This document shows, piece after piece, positions 58,151-64,000 of a DNA stretch of 64,000 nucleotides. Numbering within the stretch: the first letter of the stretch is position 1; every line of letters begins with the position of its first letter. The notes beneath the pieces were generated by a model. It was not told the origin of the DNA, made no database searches, and saw only the letters and a program-made list of their open reading frames with translations. The DNA is from Promethearchaeota archaeon (GTDB taxonomy: Archaea > Asgardarchaeota > Lokiarchaeia > Sigyniarchaeales > SOKP01), in NCBI GenBank assembly GCA_016839585.1, contig JAEOTZ010000026.1, positions 1-64,000 on the forward strand, in the 5' to 3' direction. Both the position numbers and the translations under genes were made by a program.

Positions 58151-59074
58151 ATGCCTGTTAAAAACGTTGATGATTCTCTTTATCATATCGATTTAAAACA
58201 ACCAAGAGCAGGTTTTAGGAATTTCATAAGTACATGGGTTTATAAGGATAAGAATTTGTGCTTCATAGTAGATCCAGGTCCAATGTCAACAATATATTTT
58301 TTAAAGGAAAAGTTAGAATCCATTGGGGTCACTAAAGAGAATCTGAATTACATTCTTTTAACTCATATTCACATTGATCATGCAGGAGGAACAGGAAAAC
58401 TCCTTTCCTTTTTCCCAAGAGCTCAGGTTATATGTCATCGACGAGGTATGAAACATCTTATTAACCCCGAGAATTTATGGAATGCTAGTAAGAAAGTGTT
58501 AGGTAAAGTAGCAGATATGTATGGTGAAATTGTGCCGGTGCCAGAAAATAAAATAACATTTCAGGAAGAAATTGGGAGACAAGAAATAAAAGCAATCGAA
58601 ACAATAGGACATGCATCACATCATCTTTGTTACCTCTTTCAGGGATATCTATTTATTGGAGATGCTGCAGGCGTTCACTTTCCCATACAAAATAAATTCT
58701 ACATTCGACCAGCAACTCCACCCATCTTTAATTATGATATTGCTATAGCCTCACTTGACAAACTACTTTCATTAAATTTAACAGATTTTAAGATTTGTTA
58801 TGCCCATTATGGAATTAGAAATAATGCAAAGAAAATGCTTAAGATTGCGAAAGAACAATTAAAAATATGGAAACAAGTTATCGAGAGTACATTAAGTGAT
58901 TCCAGACAATTGGATTTTGAAGATCATGTAATTAAAGAATTAATGAAAAAAGATATTTATTTTGCTAATGTAATCCTATTTGATGAAGAAATTAAGAAAA
59001 GAGAAAAAATGTTTATATCAAATAGCATAAAAGGAATAAAGGAATATATTCAAAAATCTCTTAAAGAAGAATAA
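58151..59074 (+). CDS. Metallo-beta-lactamase fold hydrolase
   Basis: VDPGP, THIHIDHAGG, GHASHH, FIGDAAG, HYG. Confidence 0.9.
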   Translation: MPVKNVDDSLYHIDLKQPRAGFRNFISTWVYKDKNLCFIVDPGPMSTIYFLKEKLESIGVTKENLNYILLTHIHIDHAGGTGKLLSFFPRAQVICHRRGMKHLINPENLWNASKKVLGKVADMYGEIVPVPENKITFQEEIGRQEIKAIETIGHASHHLCYLFQGYLFIGDAAGVHFPIQNKFYIRPATPPIFNYDIAIASLDKLLSLNLTDFKICYAHYGIRNNAKKMLKIAKEQLKIWKQVIESTLSDSRQLDFEDHVIKELMKKDIYFANVILFDEEIKKREKMFISNSIKGIKEYIQKSLKEE

Positions 59075-59199
59075 TTTTAACTTTTATGGCTTTTCACAAA
59101 AATATAAGATTTAAATATTAAAAAATTAAAAAGAAATAACTATTTTATAAATATTGAACTTCTGTTCTTAAGTTTACTAATTTATCAGGAATGTAGATT

Positions 59200-60006
59200 T
59201 TAAGATTTTAGGAATTCCTCACGAAGATTTCCCTCTTCATCAAAAAATTTATATTTTCGTTTTCCAGCAGTCATAAATTTATACGTAGCCTTACTAAATT
59301 TGAGAAATCTAATATGTTTATTGGTTCCTTTAATTTTTCTCATTCGAGGAACAAGGAACTTAACAACAGTTTCAGAGAGCTCAGCCAAAATATTAAATAT
59401 TTTTACCGCTTCAGGTGGAACATCTTGAGCCAAAAGATCTGTTATAACCATACCGGGATTAATTGTATGAATACCAATCATAGTTCCCTCTGCTTCTTTA
59501 CTTAAGGTTTTCGTTAATTGAGGAATTGCTGCTTTTGTAGATCCATAAGCCAAAGCCATAGGGGTAACTCGCCCCTGTGAACCATATCCCTCTATATTGA
59601 ATATTTTACCATGATTTTGAGGGACCATTAGCTTAAGCGCTGCTTTACATCCATAAATAGTGCCCAATAAGTTAGTATTTACTACTTCCTTTAAAGCATC
59701 AGGGTCAAAATCTACCAGATTTGCATTGATATAAGCATTAGTTCCAGCATTATTGACCCAAATATCAATTGGTTTAAAAAATTCTTGAGAAAATTCTGCT
59801 AATTTTTCAACATCCTCATAAATGGTTACATCACAGGTAATACCATTGATCTTATTGTTAGGAAATAACTCCTTTAATTTTTGAATAGCATTTCTGACTC
59901 GTTCTTCATTGCGAGAAGAAACGATTACATTATCACCATGATTTAAAAATTCTTTTGCTAAAGCAAATCCTATACCTTTCGTACTCCCTGTTATTACAAT
60001 ATTCAA
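59200..60006 (-). CDS. Short-chain dehydrogenase/reductase
   Basis: TGSTKGIG, WVNNAG, YGSTK, PGMVITDL. Confidence 0.92.
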   Translation of the reverse strand: MNIVITGSTKGIGFALAKEFLNHGDNVIVSSRNEERVRNAIQKLKELFPNNKINGITCDVTIYEDVEKLAEFSQEFFKPIDIWVNNAGTNAYINANLVDFDPDALKEVVNTNLLGTIYGCKAALKLMVPQNHGKIFNIEGYGSQGRVTPMALAYGSTKAAIPQLTKTLSKEAEGTMIGIHTINPGMVITDLLAQDVPPEAVKIFNILAELSETVVKFLVPRMRKIKGTNKHIRFLKFSKATYKFMTAGKRKYKFFDEEGNLREEFLKS

Positions 60007-60169
60007 CTTAATTCTCCTACTTCCATTTTATAGAACAAAATTATTAATAGTATAGAAAGTTTATTAAAACCTTAAAGTAATAATTTTCTCCAATAACAAT
60101 TAGCCTTATAAATTCTAATATAATTTCTTCAAATATACATCTATATTTAAAAAAAAGTGAAATGATATT

Positions 60170-61051
60170 ATGACTGCAAATAGAACACCAGGAAAAGTTA
60201 ATGAAGATACAACATTAATTGACGCTGAGATGATGGGAATTCCAGGAATAATGTCTATATATCTTATAGAAGCAGGAAAGAAATGCTTAATAGATTCAGG
60301 AACTCATATTGAAGCACGTAAGACTTTTAAAAAGTTAAAAGAGCTGAATTTTTTCCCACCTGATATAATTATTATTACTCATTCCCATTGGGATCATGTT
60401 CAAGCGATTCCTTTTCTAAGCCAGAGAGCTAAGAAGTTAGGAAAAAAAATAGAAATATATGCATCTGAAGCAGCAATTCCCAACTTAAGGGATCAATCCT
60501 TTAACAACGTTTTTGAAACTGGTCCTTTCAATAATATCGAAGAAGATATTATAACTCTTAAAGAAGGTGATACTGTCGATTTAGATGGTTTAATATTGAA
60601 AATTTTTGAGACACCAGGTCATATGAATGATGATATTTCCATTCTTGATGAAAAAAATAAAAATTTGTTCGTAGGAGACATACTTGGGATGAAAGTTGCA
60701 GACAATGTATTCGTCCCTCCATTTATGCCCCCTAAATGCAATCCTGAGGCTTATTTTAAAACAATCGATAAACTTAAAAAAATTGATTATGAGACCATTA
60801 GTTTACATCATTTTGGATACATTTATGATGAGGAGGCTAGAAGTATTCTTGATGAATCTATAGCAAATAATGAGCTATATTGGAAAGCATATGAGGAGAA
60901 TACAGATCATTTGGATGACATTCCTTATTTAATTGAAAATGTTATGGAAAAATTAATACCTAAATCCACTCTTGAAAATTATCCTGAAATGTTAGTTACA
61001 GGAGTTACATATTGGCTTTCCCAAGGTTTTAAAATCTACAAGGGTTTATAA
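60170..61051 (+). CDS. Metallo-beta-lactamase fold hydrolase
   Basis: IDSG, THSHWDH, TPGH, FVGD, HFG. Confidence 0.9.
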   Translation: MTANRTPGKVNEDTTLIDAEMMGIPGIMSIYLIEAGKKCLIDSGTHIEARKTFKKLKELNFFPPDIIIITHSHWDHVQAIPFLSQRAKKLGKKIEIYASEAAIPNLRDQSFNNVFETGPFNNIEEDIITLKEGDTVDLDGLILKIFETPGHMNDDISILDEKNKNLFVGDILGMKVADNVFVPPFMPPKCNPEAYFKTIDKLKKIDYETISLHHFGYIYDEEARSILDESIANNELYWKAYEENTDHLDDIPYLIENVMEKLIPKSTLENYPEMLVTGVTYWLSQGFKIYKGL

Positions 61052-61106
61052 AAAAATTTTTTTCTATATTATTATTTTTCAATTTACTTTTTTACTTCAG
61101 ATATAT

Positions 61107-61583
61107 TCACCAACAGCTAGGATCAAAATATTCCTTGTATTTTTTTAGCCAACTACATAAGGTATATTTAGAGTAATCCTCGGTAATTTCTTCTCCTGGT
61201 TGAATATCTTTTAAAGCTAGAGAACAAAATATGTTTTCATCTTTCGGGGGTCCAGAATTCGAATTAACCGAATGGTTTACAAATCTTGAATTATCTAAGC
61301 ATAAAACCAGTGCATCAAGATCTCTCTCATAATAGGAATATGTGAGCAATATTTTCATAAATCTATCCATTAAAGGTGATTTAATAGAATTATCAAGAGT
61401 TAGAAATTGATTTTTTGCGATTATTAAAACATCCTCTGGACGAGCATACCACCATAATGTACCTTTCAGAATTAATTTCTTGGCAAATAATCCTATTCCA
61501 TGAATTTTACTTGGTCTTACTTCAGTATATTCATCAATTGGATTAATTGTAGTAATATTATAAATCGAATGTGTATTTATCAT
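61107..61583 (-). CDS. SET domain protein-lysine methyltransferase
   Basis: S.IHGIGLFA, RFVNHS..SN, ALKDIQPGEEITEDY. Confidence 0.9.
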   Translation of the reverse strand: MINTHSIYNITTINPIDEYTEVRPSKIHGIGLFAKKLILKGTLWWYARPEDVLIIAKNQFLTLDNSIKSPLMDRFMKILLTYSYYERDLDALVLCLDNSRFVNHSVNSNSGPPKDENIFCSLALKDIQPGEEITEDYSKYTLCSWLKKYKEYFDPSCW

Positions 61584-61788
61584 TAATTACACTTACATTT
61601 AAAAAATGATCCTTATTTTGAATTAATAACTAATTTTTTCTATTTTAAATTTATTTTTTATTTTTAATAAGGTAATTAACTAGTAAAAAAATTAAATAAA
61701 TTAATAAAATCAATAATTATCCTTATAAATTCTAATATCATCTTTTTAACTACTAATCTATATTTGAAAGAAAAATAGAAGGATAAAA

Positions 61789-62838
61789 ATGGAAATAGAT
61801 GACGAAAGATTCTCAGAAGAAGATAATTTATGGGAAGAATATAAAATTCCATTAACTTATGACCAGGAACATATGACAAAGTGGTTTAATGAAGAAAGAG
61901 GAGGCGTAAAAGGAAGAGCAGATGTCTTTTATCTCATGTTTGGAATTACATATAATTGCCAACTTAAATGTCCACATTGTTGTGTCGGTAATTATGAAAA
62001 TGAGCCAAATAGAGAGTTATCAACCGATGAAATTAAGGATGTGTTGGATCAATCAGCTAAGGCATTTGTAGTTAACTTTTTTGGTGGTGAGCCAACCATG
62101 AGGTCAGATATAATGGAATTAATAAAATATGCTTCAGAGAGATCAGTATATGTGTTCTGTGATACAAATGGGTTAAAAATCACGAGAGCCTATGCGAATC
62201 AATTAAAAGAAAGCGGATTAGAAATGCTATATGTGAGTATAGATAGCCCTATCCCAGAAAAGCATGATGAATTACGAGGTGAGAAGGGAACTTTTGAGAA
62301 AGCTGTACAAGGTATAAAAAATGCACTTGATGCAAGATTAAAGTGTACTCTATCAACTTATATCACAAAAGAAAATCTGACTAATGGTGAGTTTAAAAGA
62401 GTTATCCAATTAGCAAAAGATCTAGGAGCTAATGGAGTAAGATATTTGCTACCTACACCCGCGGGAAGATGGTTATATAATCCTGAAGTAGCATTAAGTC
62501 ACGAAGAAGAGCGAAAAGTTAGAAAAATTGTAGATTTCCCTTATGTTTGTCGTGATTTCTATTTTCAAACCCAAAGTTCAAGTCAATGCAGGGGCGTAGC
62601 AGATGGATTGTATTTTTATATTTCTCCTTATGGGGATGTGCAGCCTTGTTGCTTTATGCCCCTTACATTCGGAAATATCAGGGAAGAACCTCTGAAATCA
62701 ATTTTAGATAGAATGTGGGACAATCCAATGTTTAGTGAAGAATGGGTGAGAAAAGAATGCCCTATGTTAAATAAGGATTTTAGAAAAAAATACATAGATA
62801 CAATTCCTTCTAATGCAAAATTACCATTTAAAATGTAA
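61789..62838 (+). CDS. Radical SAM protein with SPASM/twitch domain
   Basis: CQLKCPHC, GGEP, DTNG, C.G....YISPYGDVQPCC..FGNI...CPM. Confidence 0.92.
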   Translation: MEIDDERFSEEDNLWEEYKIPLTYDQEHMTKWFNEERGGVKGRADVFYLMFGITYNCQLKCPHCCVGNYENEPNRELSTDEIKDVLDQSAKAFVVNFFGGEPTMRSDIMELIKYASERSVYVFCDTNGLKITRAYANQLKESGLEMLYVSIDSPIPEKHDELRGEKGTFEKAVQGIKNALDARLKCTLSTYITKENLTNGEFKRVIQLAKDLGANGVRYLLPTPAGRWLYNPEVALSHEEERKVRKIVDFPYVCRDFYFQTQSSSQCRGVADGLYFYISPYGDVQPCCFMPLTFGNIREEPLKSILDRMWDNPMFSEEWVRKECPMLNKDFRKKYIDTIPSNAKLPFKM

Positions 62839-62961
62839 TTTCTTTTTTTATTATTTAAGGAATTATTTAATAAGATTATAAAACTTAAATTATAACTTAT
62901 CCTATTTATCAATACTCAGAAATCTAATTTTTAAAAAATTAAATCAATATGAGGTGATTTT

Positions 62962-63288
62962 ATGGTCATTATAGTAACAACTTCTAATGTTCCATATGGT
63001 AAAGAAAAAGAACTTGCTGAAAAATATCTTGAGGTTTTGAAAAAATACCCTCTCGATAGATCGTTAGAGAAGCCACTTCTCCGTTTGGGAGCAAAAGCTA
63101 CTGAGAAAGGAATTGAAGTAATTTCCATAACAGAAGCTAAAGAAGGAAAATATGAAGAATTAATTAAACGTATTACTAATATGAATCTTGCATACTCAGA
63201 CGTCCCAGGCTACTATTACAAAATAGAAACATATCTCTCAGGAGCAGAAGCGCTACCTATGATCGGGTTATCGATGCCTGAAGAATAA
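62962..63288 (+). CDS. Conserved hypothetical protein (dimeric alpha+beta barrel-like)
   Basis: 108-aa ORF with GAGGTGA RBS; 'KYLEVLKKYP...VPGY.Y.IE.Y....EAL..IG'. Confidence 0.7.
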   Translation: MVIIVTTSNVPYGKEKELAEKYLEVLKKYPLDRSLEKPLLRLGAKATEKGIEVISITEAKEGKYEELIKRITNMNLAYSDVPGYYYKIETYLSGAEALPMIGLSMPEE

Positions 63289-63335
63289 CTAAATAAGATA
63301 ATTTTTAAAATTTAAAAATAAAATTTTTTTTCAAA

Positions 63336-63998
63336 TTAATCATTTTGTCTTGGCACAATCGCAGAATCTGAAGTAACTTCTTTTTGGAGCATTTTGAAAG
63401 CATTTTTAGAGGTGGAGAAAGTTTTTGCATTATAATTTTTAACCAAATCAATGAGTTCTTCGTCAAAAACACGCACAAATACTTCAATTTGAGGGTAGCG
63501 TAAGTTAAGTTTAGATGTTAAATAGAGTAATTCATCGAATTCAGACTCGCGTTTCCAACAAATAAATATTTGAGTCACTTCTTTTAAATTCATATGAGTA
63601 CGTAAATCACTTAGAAAGCAAACAAACTCATTTATTATATGTAATTGTTCATTTACTTCAAACTCGATGCCATCATGCTCATCATCAAAAAGAAAAACTT
63701 CACGTCCTGGTTGTTGAGAAAGATGGTAAGCAATTCGATGAGTTAGGCTGTCACGTCCAATTACAATGACATTACCAGTTTTACCAGTTGTCCATTTTTG
63801 GATGCCTTTCATCGCCCACTTTGATGTGGAAAATGAGAATGCGTTAAAAGCTTGTTTAAGATACACCTGTACATGATCTTCAAATGCACGAACATAAATT
63901 TGACATTCTGGATTCATTTTACGAATTTTTTCCGTACAAATTATTGCTACTCTAAAATCCCCAACATTAATGAATACTTCTTTAGCTCTTTTTATATT
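63336..63998 (-). CDS. 5'-truncated TrkA-N/RCK domain protein (likely K+ channel/transporter regulatory part)
   Basis: Frame open to the window end (NIKRAKEVFINVGD...IRKMNPECQIYVRAF); second RCK 'VIVIGRD...IA..L', 'YPQIEVFVRVFD'. Confidence 0.7.
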   Translation of the reverse strand, partial: NIKRAKEVFINVGDFRVAIICTEKIRKMNPECQIYVRAFEDHVQVYLKQAFNAFSFSTSKWAMKGIQKWTTGKTGNVIVIGRDSLTHRIAYHLSQQPGREVFLFDDEHDGIEFEVNEQLHIINEFVCFLSDLRTHMNLKEVTQIFICWKRESEFDELLYLTSKLNLRYPQIEVFVRVFDEELIDLVKNYNAKTFSTSKNAFKMLQKEVTSDSAIVPRQND

Positions 63999-64000
63999 TG

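Noticed and set aside
55941-63300. RiPP cluster around the SPASM radical SAM genes
   Set aside because: No short precursor ORF, RRE/PqqD protein, peptidase or exporter adjacent. The 108-aa ORF at 62962 looks like a folded barrel protein.
442-63487. About 35 short ORFs in the track lying antisense to or inside longer genes (e.g. 442-657, 10320-10661, 14452-14832, 30413-30829, 39193-39600, 52403-52732)
   Set aside because: Shadow frames of well-supported genes; Ser/Phe/Ile-rich antisense composition, no motifs, no RBS.
1-64000. Selenocysteine recoding (known in Lokiarchaeia)
   Set aside because: No gene appears split at an in-frame TGA at a catalytic Cys position. TGA-ending genes (5034, 20162, 39084, 51342, 61107) look complete, and no convincing SECIS was seen.
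1-64000. CRISPR array, tRNA/rRNA, IS element or integrase
   Set aside because: No regularly spaced repeat-spacer array, no GC-rich structured RNA stretch, and no transposase/recombinase ORF. The periodic repeats at 44.9-45.9 kb and 49.3-50.0 kb are coding.

Overview
AT-rich (roughly 30% GC by eye), gene-dense archaeal chromosomal segment. It is most consistent with an Asgard archaeon (Lokiarchaeia/Promethearchaeota). The evidence is three surface proteins with IPG[YF]-TM-basic 'Loki-CTERM' tails, a longin+roadblock fusion, a 'MKEFKVNEY' lineage-typical LRR-associated protein, TATA-type promoters with GGTGA ribosome-binding sites, and oligo-T terminators. About 65 CDSs are present, mostly accessory metabolism: a TetR-controlled FtsX/LolD-type ABC exporter, tandem amidohydrolases, a four-family metal-transport cluster (CDF, GDT1/TMEM165, FTR1, Na/Ca exchanger), an acyl-CoA/redox catabolic cluster (acyl-CoA ligase, SDRs, ADC-family, GlcD/GlcF-like, OYE, PaaI, AOR), a MarR-linked flavin/stress operon, an RNase J-like nuclease, two paralogous radical SAM enzymes and a SET-domain protein. 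I found no rRNA, tRNA, CRISPR array, transposase or integrase. Notable observations not in the ORF track: (1) an orphan, synonymously diverged second 3' end of the NUDIX gene plus a 12-bp direct repeat that brackets a ~0.93-kb integrase-free insert carrying a 4Fe-4S gene; (2) several genes that seem to start at ATC/ATA codons behind good RBSs; (3) a very basic protein built from a six-fold ~29-aa repeat; (4) readable operator arrays for TetR, MarR, a TrmB-like regulator and possibly DtxR. All family calls come from motif recognition; no database searches were run.
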